From: Eledone cirrhosa
Taxonomy: Eukaryota
NCBI GenBank assembly: GCA_964016885.1
Contig: OZ024742.1
Span: forward strand, 165,850,001 to 165,914,000
Reading direction: 5' to 3'
DNA: 64,000 nt
How positions within the stretch are numbered: the stretch's first letter is position 1; every line of letters begins with the position of its first letter. The notes beneath the pieces are model-generated. The model saw only the letters and a list, made by a program, of their open reading frames with translations. It made no database searches and had not been told where the DNA came from. Both the position numbers and the translations under genes were made by a program. Shown here piece by piece: positions 23,521 through 38,500 of this stretch.

Positions 23521-26500
23521 GGAGATAATTTCCAGCCCTCCAAGGGGCTATAATTTCCAGCGGTCCAAAGAGAGATAATTTCTAGCCGTCCAAGAGGAGA
23601 TAATTTCCAGCCAAGGGGAGATAATTTCCAGCCGTCCAAGGGGAGATAATTTTTTTAAAAATCAGGTGGAGATAATTTGTAAAAAAAATCAGGGGAAGAT
23701 AATTTGTAAAAACAAAATCAAGGGCAGATAATTTCCAGCCGTCCAAGGAGAGATAATTTCCAGCAGTGCAAGGGGAGATAATTTCCATCCGTCCAAGGGG
23801 AGATAATTTCCATCCTTCCAAGGGGAGATAATTTCCAGCCGTCCAAGGGGAGATAATTTCCCGCCAGCCAAGGGAAGATAATATTTAAAAAAATCAGGCG
23901 GAGATAATTTGTAAAAAAATCAGGGGGAAAAAATTTGTAAAAAAATCAGGGGGAGATAATTTGTAAAAAAAAATCAGGGGGAGATAATTTGTAAAAAAAA
24001 TCAGGGGGAGATAATTTGGAAAAAAAAATCAGGGGTAGATAATTTGTAAAAAAAAATCAGGGGGAGATAATTTCCAGCCGTCCAAGGGGAGATAATTTTC
24101 AGCCGTCCAAGGAGAGGTAATTTCTAGCCGTCCAAGGGGAGATAATTTCCAGCCGTCCAAGGGGAGATAATTTCCAGCCGTCCAAGGGGAGATAATTTTA
24201 AAAAAAAATCAGGCTGAGATAATTTGTAAAAAAAAAATCAGGGAGGAATAATTTGTAAAAACAAGCAGGGGGAGATAATTTGTAAAAAAAATCAAGGGGA
24301 GATAATTTCCAGCCGTCCAAGGGAAGATAATTTCCAGCCCTCCAAGGGGCTATAATTTCCAGCGTCCAAGGGGAGATAATTTCCAGCCAGCGAAGGGGAG
24401 ATAATTTTTTTAAAAAAATCACTGGGAGATTTGTAAAAAAAATCAGGGGGAGATAATTTGTAAAAAAAATCAAGGGGAGATAATTTCCAGCCGTCCAAAG
24501 AGAGATAATTTCTAGCCGTCCAAGGGGAGATAATTTCTAGGCAAGGGGAGATAATTTCCAGCCGTCCAAGGAGAGGTAATTTCTAGCCGTCCAAGGGGAG
24601 ATAATTTCCTGCCGTGCAAGGGGAGATAATTTCCAGCCGTCCAAGGGGAGATAATTTCCATCCTTCCAAGGGGAGATAATTTCCAGCCGTCCAAGGGGAG
24701 ATAATTTCCCGCCAGCCAAGGGAAGATAATTTTTAAAAAAATCAGGCGGAGATAAATTGTAAAAAAAATCAGGGGGAGATAATTTGTAAAAAAATCATGG
24801 GGAAATAATTTTAAAAAAAAAAATCAGGGGGAGATAATTTGTTAAAAAAATCAGGGGGTGATAATTTGTAAAAAAAAATCAGGGGGAGATAATTTGTAAA
24901 AACAAAATCAAGGGCAGATAATTTCCAGTCGTCCAAGGGGAGATAATTTCAAGCCGTCCAAGGAGAGATAATTTCCATCCTTCCAAGGGGAGATAATTTC
25001 CAGCCGTCCAAGGGGAGATAATTTCCCGCCAGCCAAGGGAAGATAATTTAAAAAAAAATCAGGCGGAGATAATTTGTAAAAAAAATCAGGGGGAGATAAT
25101 TTCCAGCCGTCCAAGGGGAGATAATTTTCAGCCGTCCAAGGAGAGGTAATTTCTAGCCGTCCAAGGGGAGATAATTTCCTGCCGTGCAAGGGGAGATAAT
25201 TTCCAGCCGTCCAAGGGGAGATAATTTCCATCCTTCCAAGGGGAGATAATTTCCCGCCAGCCAAGGGAAGATAATTTTTAAAAAAATCAGGCGGAGATAA
25301 ATTGTAAAAAAAATCAGGGGGAGATAATTTGTAAAAAAATCATGGGGAGATAATTTGTAAAAAAAAAATCAGGGGGAGATAATTTGTAAAAAAAAAATCA
25401 GGGGGAGATAATTTGTAAAAAAAATCAGGGGGAGATAATTTGTAAAAACAAAATCAAGGGCAGATAATTTCCAGTCGTCCAAGGGGAGATAATTTCAAGC
25501 CGTCCAAGGAGAGATAATTTCCATCCTTCCAAGGGGAGATAATTTCCAGCCGTCCAAGGGGAGATAATTTCCCGCCAGCCAAGGGAAGATAATTTTTAAA
25601 AAAATCAGGCGGAGATAATTTGTAAAAAAAATCAGGGGGAGATAATTTCCAGCCGTCCAAGGAGAGATAATTTTCAGCCGTCCAAGGAGAGGTAATTTCT
25701 AGCCGTCCAAGGGGAGATAATTTCCAGCCGTGCAAGGGGAGATAATTTCCAGCCGTCCAAGGGGAGATAATTTCCATCCTTCCAAGGGAAGATAATTTCC
25801 AGCCGTCCAAGGGGAGATAATTTCCCGCCAGCCAAGGGGAGATAATATTTAAAAAAATCAGGCGGAGATAATTTGTAAAAAAAATCAGGGGGAGATAATT
25901 TGTAAAAAAATCAGGGGGAGATAATTTGTAAAAAAAAAATCAGGGGGAGATAATTTGTAAAAAAAATCAGGGGGAGATAATTTGTAAAAAAAAATCAGGG
26001 GTAGATAATTTGTAAAAAAAATCAAGGGGAGATAATTTCCAGCCGTCGAAGGGGAGGTAATATCTAGCCGTCCAAGGGGAGATAATTTCCAGCCGTCCAA
26101 GGGGAGATAATTTCCAGCCGTCCAAGGGGAGATAATTTCCAGCCGTCCAAGGAGACATATTTTCCAGCCGTCCAAGGAGAGGTAATTTCTAGCCGTCCAA
26201 GCGGAGATAAATTCCAGCCTCCAAGGGGAGATAATTTCCAGCCAGCCAAGGGGAGATAATTTATCAAAAAATCAGGGGGAGATAATTTGTAAAAAAATCA
26301 GGGGGAGATAATTTGTAAAAAAAAATCAGGGGGAGATAATTTGTAAAAAAAAATCAGGGGGAGATAATTTGTAAAAAAAATCAGGGGGAGATAATTTGTA
26401 AAAAAAATCAAGGGGAGATAATTTCCAGCCGTCCAAGGGGAGATAATTTTCAGCCGTCCAAGGAGAGGTAATTTCTAGCCGTCCAAGGAGAGATAATTTC

Positions 26501-29500
26501 CAGCCGTCCAAGGGGAGATAATTTCCAGCCGTCCAAGGGGAGATAATTTCTAGCCGTCCAAGGAGAGATAATTTCCAGCCGTCCAAGGGGAGATAATTTC
26601 CAGCCGTCCAAAGAGAGATAATTTCTAGCCGTCCAAGGGGAGATAATTTCCAGCCAAGGGGAGATAATTTCCAGCCGTCGAAGGGGAGATAATTTTTTAA
26701 AAAATCAGGTGGAGATAATTTGTAAAAAAAATCAGGGGGAGATAATTTGTAAAAACAAAATCAAGGGCAGATAATTTCCAGCTGTCCAAGGGGAGATCAT
26801 TTCCAGCCGTGCAAGGGGAGATAATTTCCAGCCGTCCAAGGGGAGATAATTTCCATCCTTCCAAGGGGAGATAATTTCCATCCGTCCAAGGGGAGATAAT
26901 TTCCCGCCAGCCAAGGAAAGATAATTTTTAAAAAAATCAGGCGGAGATTGTAAAAAAATCAGGGGGAGATAATTTGAAAAAAAATCAGGGGGAGATAATT
27001 TGTAAAAAAAAAATCAGGGGGAGATAATTTGTAAAAAAAAATCAGTGGGAGATAATTTGTAAAAAAAATCAGGGGGAGATAATTTGTAAAAAAAATCAAG
27101 TGGAGATAATTTGCAGCCGTCCAAGGGGAGATAATTTTCAGCCGTCCAAGGAGAGGTAATTTCTAGCCGTCCAAGGGTAGATAATTTCCAGCCGTCCAAG
27201 GGGAGATAATTTCCAGCCGTCCAAGCGAAGATAATTTTTAAAAAAAAATCAGGCGGAGATAATTTGTAAAAAAAAATCAGGGGGAGATAATTTGTAAAAA
27301 AAAATCAGGGGGTGATAATTTGTAAAAAAAAATCAGGGGGAGATAATTTGTAAAAAAAATCAAGGGGAGATAATTTCCAGCCGTCCAAGGGAAGATAATT
27401 TCCAGCCCTCCAAGGAGCTATAATTTCCAGCGTCCAAGGGGAGATAATTTCCAGCCAGCGAAGGGGAGATAATTTTTTTTTAAAAATAATTGGGAGATTT
27501 GTAAAAAAAATCAGGGGGACATAATTTGTAAAAAAAATCAAGGGTAGATAATTTCCAGCCGTCCAAGGGGAGGTAATATCTAGCCGTCCAAGGGGAGATA
27601 ATTTCCAGCCGTCCAAGGGGAGAAAATTTCCAGCCGTCCAAGTGGAGATAATTTCCAGCCGTCCAAGGAGACATATTCTCCAGCCGTCCAAGGAGAGGTA
27701 ATTTCTAACCGTCCAAGGGGAGATAAATTCCAGCCTCCAAGGGGAGATAATTTCCAGCCAGCCAAGGAGATTGTAAAAAAAATCAGGGGGAGATAATTTG
27801 TAAAAAAAAATCAGGGGGAGATAATTTGTAAAAAAAAATCAGGGGGAGATAATTTGTAAAAAAAAATCAGGGGGAGATAATTTGTAAAAAAAATCAAGGG
27901 GAGATAATTTCCAGCCGTCCAAGGGGAGATAATTTTGAGCCGTCCAAGGGGAGATAATTTCCCGCCAGCCAAGGGAAGATAATATTTAAAAAAATCAGGC
28001 GGAGATAATTTGTAAAAAAAATCAGGGGGAGATAATTTGTAAAAAAATCAGGGGGAGATAATTTGTAAAAAAAAAATCAGGGGGAGATAATTTGTAAAAA
28101 AAATCAGGGGGAGATAATTTGTAAAAAAAAATCAGGGGGAGATAATTTGTAAAAAAAATCAAGGGGAGATAATTTCCAGCCGTCCAAGGAGAGATAATTT
28201 TAAAAAAAAATCAGGCGGAGATAATTTGTAAAAAAAAATCAGGGGGAGATAATTTGTAAAAAAAAATCAGGGGGAGATAATTTGTAAAAAAATCAAAGGG
28301 AGATAATTTCCAGCCGTCCAAAGAGAGATAATTTCTAGCCCTCCAAGGGGCTATAATTTCCAGTGTCCAAGGGGAGATAATTTCCAGCCAGCGAAGGGGA
28401 GATAATTTTTTAAAAAATCAGGTGGAGATAATTTGTAAAAAAAATCAGGGGGAGATAATTTGCAAAATCAAAATGAAGGGCATGTAATTTCCAGCTGTCC
28501 AAGGGGAGATAATTTCCAGCCGTGCAAGGGGAGATAATTTCCAGCCGTCCAAGGGGAGATAATTTCCATCCTTCCAAGGGGAGATAATTTCCAGCCGTCC
28601 AAGGGGAGATAATTTCCCGCCAGCCAAGGGAAGATAATTTTTAAAAAAATCAGGCGGAGATTGTAAAAAAAATCAGGAGGAGATAATTTGTAAAAAAATC
28701 AGGGGGAGATAATTTGTAAAAAAAAAATCAGGGGGAGATAATTTGTAAAAAAAAATCAGGGGGAGATAATTTGTAAAAAAAAATCAGGGGGAGATAATTT
28801 GTAAAAAAAAATCAGGGGGAGATAATTTGTAAAAAAAAATCAGGGGGAGATAATTTGTAAAAAAAATCAAGGGGAGATAATTTCCAGCCGTCCAAGGGGA
28901 GATAATTTTGAGCCGTCCAAGGGGAGATAATTTCCCGCCAGCCAAGGGAAGATAATATTTAAAAAAATCAGGCGGAGATAATTTGTAAAAAAAATCAGGG
29001 GGAGATAATTTGTAAAAAAATCAGGGGGAGATAATTCGTAAAAAAAAAATCAGGGGGAGATAATTTGTAAAAAAAATCAGGGGGAGATAATTTGCAGCCG
29101 TCCAAGGGGAGATAATTTTCAGCCGTCCAAGGAGAGGTAATTTCTAGCCGTCCAAGGGGAGATAATTTCCAGCCGTCCAAGGGGAGATAATTTCCAGCCG
29201 TCCAAGGGGAGAATTTTTTTAAAAAAATCAGGCGGAGATAATTTGTAAAAAAAAAATCAGGGGGAGATAATTTGTAAAAAAAAATCAGGGGGAGATAATT
29301 TGTAAAAAAAAATCAGGGGGAGATAATTTGTAAAACAAATCAAGGGGAGATAATTTCCAGCCGTCCAAGGTAAAATAATTTACAGCCCTCCAAGGGGCTA
29401 TAATTTCCAGCGTCCAAGTGGAGATAATTTCCAGCCAGCGAAGGGGAGATAATTCTTTTTTAAAAAATCAGGGGGAGATAATTTGTAAAAAAAATCAAGG

Positions 29501-32500
29501 GGATATAATTTCCAGCCGTCCAAGGGAAGATAATTTCCAGCCCTCCAACGGGCTATAATTTCCAGTGTCCAAGGGGAGATAATTTCCAGCCAGCGAAGGG
29601 GAGATAATTTTTTTTTTAAAATCAGGGGGAGATTTGTAAAAAAAATCAGAGGGAGATAATTTGTAAAAAAAATCAAAGTGAGGTAATTTCCAGCCGTACA
29701 AAGAGAGATAATTTCTAGCCGTCCAAGGGGAGATAATTTCCAGCCGTCCAAGGGAAGATAATTTTTTTAAAAATCAGGTGGAGATAATTTGTAAAAAAAA
29801 TCAGGGGGAGATAATTTGTAAAAACAAAATCAAGGGCAGATAATTTCCAGCTGTCCAAGGGGATAATAATTTCCAGCCGTGCAAGGGGAGATAATTTCCA
29901 GCCGTCCAAGGGGAGATAACTTCCATCCTTCCAAGGGGAGATAATTTCCAGCCGTCCAAGGGGAGATAATTTCCCGCCAGCCAAGGGAAGATAATTTTTA
30001 AAAAAATCAAGGTGAGATTGTAAAAAAAATCAGGGGGAGATAATTTGTAAAAAAATCAGGGGGAGATAATTTGTAAAAAAAAAATCAGGGGGAGATAATT
30101 TGTAAACAAAAATCAGGGGGAGATAATTTGTAAAAAAAAATCAGGGGGAGATAATTTGTAAAAAAAATCAGGGGTAGATAATTTGTAAAAAAAAATCAGG
30201 GGGAGATAATTTGTAAAAAAAAATCAGTGGGAGATAATTTGTAAAAAAAATCAAGGGGAGATAATTTGCAGCCGTCCAAGGGGAGATAATTTTCAGCCGT
30301 CCAAGGAGAGGTAATTTCTAGCCGTCCAAGGGGAGATAATTTCCAGCCGTCCAAGGGGAGATAATTTCCAGCCGTCCAAGGGAAGATAATTTTTTAAAAA
30401 AAATCAGGCGGAGATAATTTGTAAAAAAAAATCAGGGGGAGATAATTTGTAAAAAAAATCAAGGGGAGATAATTTCCAGCCGTCCAAGGAAAGATAATTT
30501 CCAGCCCTCCAAGGGGCTATAATTTCCAGCGTCCAAGGGGAGATAATTTCCAGCCAGCGAAGGGGAGATAATTTTTTTTTAAAAATCACTGGGAGATTTG
30601 TAAAAAAAATCAGGGGGAGATAATTTGTAAAAAAAATCAAGGGGAGATAATTTCCAGCCGTCCAAAGAGAGATAATTTCTAGCCGTCCAAGGGGAGATAA
30701 GTTCCAGCCAAGGGGAGATAATTTCCAGCCGTCCAAGGTGAGATAATTTTTTAAAATATCAGGTGGAGATAATTTGTAAAAAAAATCAGGGGGAGATAAT
30801 TTGTAAAAACAAGATCAAGGGCAGATAATTTCCAGCCGTCCAAGGGGAGATAATTTTCAGCCGTCCAAGGAGAGGTAATTTCTAGCCGTTCAAGGGGAGA
30901 TAATTTCCAGCCGTCCAAGGGGAGATAATTTCCAGCCGTCCAAGGAGAGATAATTTAAAAAAAAATCAGGCGTAGATAATTTGTAAAAAAAAATCAGGGG
31001 GAGATAATTTGTAAAAAAAAATCAGGGGGAGATAATTTGTAAAAAAAATCAAGGGGAAATAATTTCCAGCCCTCCAAGGGGCTATAATTTGCAGCGTCCA
31101 AGGGGAGATAATTTCCAGCCAGCGAAGGGGAGATAATTTTTTTTAAAAAATCACTGGGAGATTTGTAAAAAAATCAGGGGGAGATAATTTGTAAAAAAAA
31201 TCAAGGGGAGATAATTTCCAGCCGTCCAAAGAGATAATTTCTAGCCGTCCAAGGGGAGATAATTTCCAGCCAAGGGGCGATAATTTCCAGCCGTCCAAGG
31301 GGAGATAATTTTTTAAAATATCAGGTGGAGATAATTTGTAAAAAAAATCAGGGGGAGATAATTTTTAAAAACAAAATCAAGGGCAGATAATTTCCAGCCG
31401 TCCAAGGGGAGATAATTTTCAGCCGTCCAAGGAGAGGTAATTTCTAGCCGTCCAAGGGGAGATAATTTCCAGCCGTGCAAGGGGAGATAATTTCCAGCCG
31501 TCCAAGGGGATATAATTTCCATCCTTTCAAGGGGAGATAATTTCCAGCCGTCCAAGGGGAGATAATTTCCCGCCAGCCAAGGGAAGATAATTTTTTAAAA
31601 AATCAGGCGGAGATAATTTGTAAAAAATATCAGGGGGAGATAATTTGTAAAAAAATCATGGGGAGATAATTTGTAAAAACAAAATCAAGGGCAGATAATT
31701 TCCAGCCGTCCAAGGGGAGATAATTTCCCGCCAGCCAAGGGAATATAATTTTTAAAAAAATCAGGCGGAGATAATTTGTAGAAAAATCAGGGGGAGATAA
31801 TTTGTAAAAAAAATCAGGGGGAGATAATTTTCAGCCGTCCAAGGAGAGGTAATTTCTAGCCGTCCAAGGGGAGATAATTTCCAGCCGTGCAAGGGGAGAT
31901 AATTTCCAGCCGTCCAAGGGGAGATAATTTCCATCCTTCCAAGGGGAGATAATTTCCAGCCGTCCAAGGGGAGATAATTTCCCGCCAGCCAAGGGAAGAT
32001 AATTTTTTTAAAAATCAGGCGGAGATAATTTGTAAAAAAATAAGCGGGAGATAATTTGTAAAAAAATCAGGGGGAGATAATTTGTAAAAAATCAGGGAGA
32101 TAATTTGTAAAAAAAAATCAGGGTAAGATAATTTCTAAAAAAAAATCAGGGGGCGATAATTTGTAAAAAAAATCAGGGGGAGATAATTTGTAAAAAAAAA
32201 TCAGGGGGAGATAATTTGTAAAAAAAAATCAGGGGGAGATAATTTGAAAAAAACATCAGGGGGAGATAATTTGTAAAAAAAATCAAGAGGAGATAATTTC
32301 CAGCCGTCCAAGGGGAGATAATTTTCAGCCGTCCAAGGAGAGGTAATTTCTAGCCGTCCAAGGACAGATAATTTGCAGCCGTCCAAGGCGAGATAATTTC
32401 CAGACGTCCAAGGGGAGATAATTTAAAAAAAAAATCAGGCGGATATAATTTGTAAAAAAAAATCAGGGGGAGATAATTTGTAAAAAAAATCAGGGGGAGA

Positions 32501-35500
32501 TAATTTGTAAAAAAAAATCAGGGGTAGATAATTTGTAAAAAAAAAAATCAGGGGGAGATAATTTGTAAAAAAATCAAGAGGAGATAATTTCCAGCCGTCC
32601 AAGGGGAGATAATTTCCAGCCGTCCAAGGGGAGATAATTTGTAAAAAAAAAATCAGGGGGAGATAATTTGTAAAAAAAAATCAGGGGGAGATTTGTAAAA
32701 AAATCAGAGATAATTTGTAAAAAAAATCAAAGGGACATAATTTCCAGCCGTCCAAAGAGAGATAATTTCTAGCTGTCCAAGGGGAGATAATTTCCAGCCA
32801 AGGAGAGATAATTTCCAGCCGTCCAAGGGCAGATAATTTCCATCCTTCCAAGGGGATATAATTTCCAGCCGTCCAAGGGGAGATAATTTCCCGCCAGCCA
32901 AGGGAAGATAATTTTTAAAAAAATCAGGCGGAGATAATTTGTAAAAAAAATCAGGGGGAGATAATTTGTAAAAAAATCATGGGGAGATAATTTGTAAAAA
33001 AAAAATCAGGGGGAGATAATTTGTAAAAAAAAATCAGGGTGAGATAATTTGTAAAAACAAAATCAAGGGCAGATAATTTCCAGCCGTCCAAGGGGAGATA
33101 ATTTCCAGCCGTCCAAGGAGAGATAATTTCCATCCTTCCAAGGGGAGATAAATTCCAGCCGTCCAAGGGGAGTTATTTCCCGCCAGCCAAGGGAAGATAA
33201 TTTTTAAAAAAATCAGGCGGAGATAATTTGTAAAAAAAATCAGGGGGAGATAATTTCCAGCCGTCCAAGGGGAGATAATTTTCAGCCGTCCAAGGAGAGG
33301 TAATTTCTAGCCGTCCAAGGGGAGATAATTTCCAGCCGTGCAAGGGGAGATAATTTCCAGCCGTCCAAGGGGAGATAATTTCCATCCTTCCAAGGGGAGA
33401 TAATTTCCAGCCGTCCAAGGGGAGATAATTTCCCGCCAGCCAAGGGAAGATAATTTTTAAAAAAATCAGGGGGAGATAATTTGTAAAAAAAAATCAGGGG
33501 GAGATAATTTGTAAAAAAAAATCAGGGGGAGATAATTTGTAAAAAACATCAGGGGGAGATAATTTGTAAAAAAAATCAAGGTGAGATAATTTCCAGCCAT
33601 CCAAGGGGAGATAATTTTCAGCCGTCCAAGGAGAGGTAATTTCTAGCCGTCCAAGGAGAGATAATTTCCAGCCGTCCAAGGGGAGATAATTTCCAGCCGT
33701 CAAAGGGGAGATAATTTTTTTAAAAAAATCAGGCGGAGATAATTTGTAAAAAAAAAATCAGGGGGAGATAATTTGTAAAAAAAAATCAGGTGGAGATAAT
33801 TTGTAAAAAAAATCAAGGGGATATAATTTCCAGCCGTCCAAGGGAAGATAATTTCCAGCCCTCCAAGGGGCTATAATTTCCAGCGTCCAAGGGGAGATAA
33901 TTTCCAGCCAGCGAAGGGGAGATAATTTTTTTTAAAAAAATCAGGGGGAGATAATTTGTAAAAAAAATCAGGTAGAGATAATTTGTAAAAAAAATCAAAG
34001 GGAGATAATTTCCAGCCGTCCAAAGAGAGATAATTTCTAGCCGTCCAAGGGGAGATAATTTCCAGCCAAGCGGCGATAATTTCCAGCCGTCCAAGGGGAG
34101 ATAATTTTTAAAAAAATCATGTGGAGATAATTTGTAAAAAAAATCAGGGGAAGATAATTTGTAAAAATAAAATCAAGGGCAGATAATTTCCAGCCGTCCA
34201 AGGGGAGATAATTTCCCGCCAGCCAAGGGAAGATAATATTTTAAAAAATCAGGCGGAGATAATTTGTAAAAAAATCAGTGGGAGATAATTTGTAAAAAAA
34301 AAATCAGGGGGAGATAATTTGTAAAAAAAAATTAGGGGGAGATAATTTGTAAAAAAAAATCAGGGGTAGATAATTTGTAAAAAAAAATCAGGGGGAGATA
34401 ATTTGTAAAAAATAATCAGGGGTAGATAATTTGTAAAAAAAATCAAGGGGAGATAATTTCCAGCCGTCCAAGGAGAGATAATTTAAAAAAAAAATCAGGC
34501 GGAGATAATTTGTAAAAAAAAATCAGGGGGAGATAATTTGTAAAAAAAAATCAGGAAGAGATAATTTGTAAAAAAAATCAAGGGGAGATAATTTCCAGTG
34601 TCCAAGGGGAGATAATTTCCAGCCAGCGAAGGGGAGATAATTTTTTTAAAAAAATCAGGGGGAGATTTGTAAAAAAATTCAGAGGGAGATAATTCGTAAA
34701 AAAAATCAAAGGGAGATAATTTCCAGCCGTCCAAAGAGAGATAATTTCTAGCCGTCCAAGGGGAGATAATTTCCAGCCAAGGGGAGATAATTTCCAGCCG
34801 TCCAAGGGGAGATAATTTTTTAAAAAATCAGGTGGAGATAATTTGTAAAAAAAATCAGGGGGAGATAATTTGTAAAAAAATCATGGGGAGATAATTTGTA
34901 AAAAAAAAATCAGGGGGAGATAATTTGTAAAAAAAAATCAGGGGGAGATAATTTGTAAAAAAAAATCAGGGGGAGATAATTTGTAAAAAAACATCAGGGG
35001 GAGATAATTTGTAAAAATAATCAAGGTGAGATAATTTCCAGCCGTCCAAGGGGAGATAATTTTCAGCCGTCCAAGGAGAGGTAATTTCTAGCCGTCCAAG
35101 GAGAGATAATTTCCAGCCGTCCAAGGGGAGATAATTTCCAGCCGTCCAAGGGGAGATAATTTTTTAAAAAAAATCAGGCGGAGATAATTTGTAAAAAAAA
35201 ATCAAGAGGAGATAATTTGTAAAAAAAAATCAGGTGGAGATAATTTGTAAAAAAAATCAAGGGGAGATAATTTCCAGCCGTCCAAGGGAAGATAATTTCC
35301 AGCCCTCCAAGGGGCTATAATTTCCAGCGTCCAAGGGGAGATAATTTCCAGCCAGCGAAGGGGAGATAATTTTTTTTAAAAAAATCAGGGGGAGATAATT
35401 TGTAAAAAAAATCAGGGGGAGATAATTTGTAAAAAAAATCAAGGGGAGATAATTTCCAGCCGTCCAAAGAGATAATTTCTAGCCGTCCAAGGGGTGATAA

Positions 35501-38500
35501 TTTCCAGCCAAGGGGAGATAATTTCCAGCCGTCCAAGGGGAGATAATTTTCAGCCGTCCAAGGAGAGGTAATTTCTAGCCGTCCAAGGGGAGATAATTTC
35601 CAGCCGTGAAAGGGGAGATAATTTCCAGCCGTCCAAGGGGAGATAATTTCCCGCCAGCCAAGGGAAGAAAATTTTTAAAAAAATCAGGCGGAGATAATTT
35701 GTAAAAAAATCAGCGGGAGACAATTTGTAAAAAAATCAGGGGGAGATAATTTGTAAAAAATCAGGGAGATAATTTGTAAAAAAAAATCAGGGGAAGATAA
35801 TTTGTGAAAAAAAATCAGGGGGTGATAATTTGTAAAAAAAAATCAGGGGGAGATAATTTGTAAAAAAATCAGGGGGAGATAATTTGTAAAAACAAAATCA
35901 AGGGCAGATAATTTCCAGCTGTCCAAGAGGAGATAATTTCCAGCAGTGCAAGGGGAGATAATTTCCAGCCGTCCAAGGGGAGATAATTTCCATCCTTCCA
36001 AGGGGAGATAATTTCCGGCCGTCCAAGGGGAGATAATTTCCCGCCAGCCAAGGGAAGATAATATTTAAAAAAATCAGGCGGAGATAATTTGTAAAAAAAA
36101 TCAGGGGGAGATAATTTGTAAAAAAATCAGGGGGAGATAATTTGTAAAAAAAAAATCAGGGGGAGATAATTTGTAAAAAAAATCAGGGGGAGATAATTTG
36201 TAAAAAAATCATGGGGAGGTAATTTGTAAAAAAAAAATCAGGGGGAGATAATTTGTAAAAAAAAATCAGGGGGAGATAATTTGTAAAAAAAAATCAGGGG
36301 GAGATAATTTGTAAAAAAAAATCAGGGGGAGATAATTTGTAAAAAAAAATCAAGGGGAGATAATTTCCAGCCGTCCAAGGGGAGATAATTTTCAGCCGTC
36401 CAAGGAGAGGTAATTTCTAGCCGTCCAAGGAGAGATAATTTCCAGCCGTCCAAGGCGAGATAATTTCCAGCCGTCCAAGGGGAGATAATTTTTAAACAAA
36501 AAATCAGGCGGAGATAATTTGTAAAAAAAATCAGGGGAAAATAATTTGTAAAAACAAAATCAAGGGCAGATAAATTCCAGCCGTCCAAGGGGAGATAATT
36601 TCCAGCAGTGCAAGGGGAGATAATTTCCAGCCGTCCAAGGGGAGATAATTTCCATCCTTCCAAGGGGAGATAATTTCCAGCCGTCCAAGTGGAGATAATT
36701 TCCCGCCAGCCAAGGAGAGATAATATTTAAAAAAATCAGGGGAAGATAATTTGTAAAAAAATCAGGGGGAGATAATTTGTAAAAAAAAATCAGGGGGAGA
36801 TAATTTGTAATAAAAATCAGGGGGAGATAATTTGTAAAAAAAAATCAGGGGTAGATAATTTGTAAAAAAAAATCAGGGGGAGATAATTTGTAAAAAAAAA
36901 ATCAGGGGGAGATAATTTGTAAAAAAAAAATAAGGGGGAGATAATTTGTAAAAAAAAATCAGGGGGAGATAATTTGTAAAAAAAATTAGGCGTAGATAAT
37001 TTGTAAAAAAAAATCAGGGGGAGATAATTTGTAAAAAAAAATCAGGGGGAGATAATTTGTTAAAAAAATCAAGGGGAGATAATTTGCAGCCGTCCAAGGG
37101 GAGATAGTTTTCAGCCGTCCAAGGAGAGGTAATTTCTAGCCGTCCAAGGGGAGATAATTTCCAGCCGTCCAAGGGGAGATAATTTCCAGCCGTCCAAGGG
37201 GAGATAATTTTTTTAAAAAAAATCAGGCGGAGATAATTTGTAAAAAAAAATCAGGGGGAGATAATTCGTAAAAAAAAATCAGTGGGAGATAATTTGTAAA
37301 AAAAAATCAGGGGGAGATAATTTGTAAAAAAAATCATGGGGAGATAATTTCCAGCCGTCCAAGGGGAGGTAATATCTAGCCGTCCAAGGGGAGATAATTT
37401 CCAGGCGTCCAACGGGAGATAATTTCCAGCCGTCCAAGGGGAGATAATTTCCAGCCGTCCAAGAGGAAATAAATTCCAGCCTCCAAGGAGAGATAATTTC
37501 CAGCCAGCCAAGGGGAGATAATTTGTAAAAAAATCAGGGGGAGATAATTTGTAAAAAAAATCAGGGTGAATTAATTTCCAGCCGTCCAAGGGGAGATAAT
37601 TTCCAGCCCTCCAAGGGGCTATAATTTCCAGCGTCCAAGGGGAGATAATTTCCAGCCAGCGAAGGGGAGATAATTTTTTTAAAAAAATCACTGGGAGATT
37701 TGTAATAAAAATCAGGGGGAGATAATTTGTAAAAAAAATCAAGGGGAAGATAATTTGTGAAAAAAAATCAGGGGGTGATAATTTGTAAAAAAAAATCAGG
37801 GGGAGATAATTTGTAAAAAAATCAGGGGGAGATAATTTGTAAAAACAAAATCAAGGGCAGATAATTTCCAGCTGTCCAAGAGGAGATAATTTCCAGCAGT
37901 GCAAGGGGAGATAATTTCCAGCCGTCCAAGGGGAGATAATTTCCATCCTTCCAAGGGGAGATAATTTCCGGCCGTCCAAGGGGAGATAATTTGTAAAAAA
38001 AATCAGGGGGAGATAATTTGTAAAAAAAAATCAGGGGGAGATAATTTGTAAAAAAAAATCAGGGGGAGATAATTTGTAAAAAAAATCAAGGGGAGATAAT
38101 TTCCAGCCGTCCAAGGGGAGATAATTTTCAGCCGTCCAAGGAGAGGTAATTTCTAGCCGTCCAAGGAGAGATAATTTCCAGCCGTCCAAGGCGAGATAAA
38201 TTCCAGCCGTCCAAGGGGAGATAATTTCCAGCAGTGCAAGGGGAGATAATTTCCAGCCGTCCAAGGGGAGATAATTTCCATCCTTCCAAGGGGAGATAAT
38301 TTCCAGCCGTCCAAGGGGAGATAATTTCCCGCCAGCCAAGGAGAGATAATATTTAAAAAAATCAGGCGGAGATAATTTGTAAAAAAATCAGGGGAAGATA
38401 ATTTGTAAAAAAATCAGGGGGAGATAATTTGTAAAAAAAAATCAGGGGGAGATAATTTGTAAAAAAAATCAGGGGGAGATAATTTGTAAAAAAAAATCAG

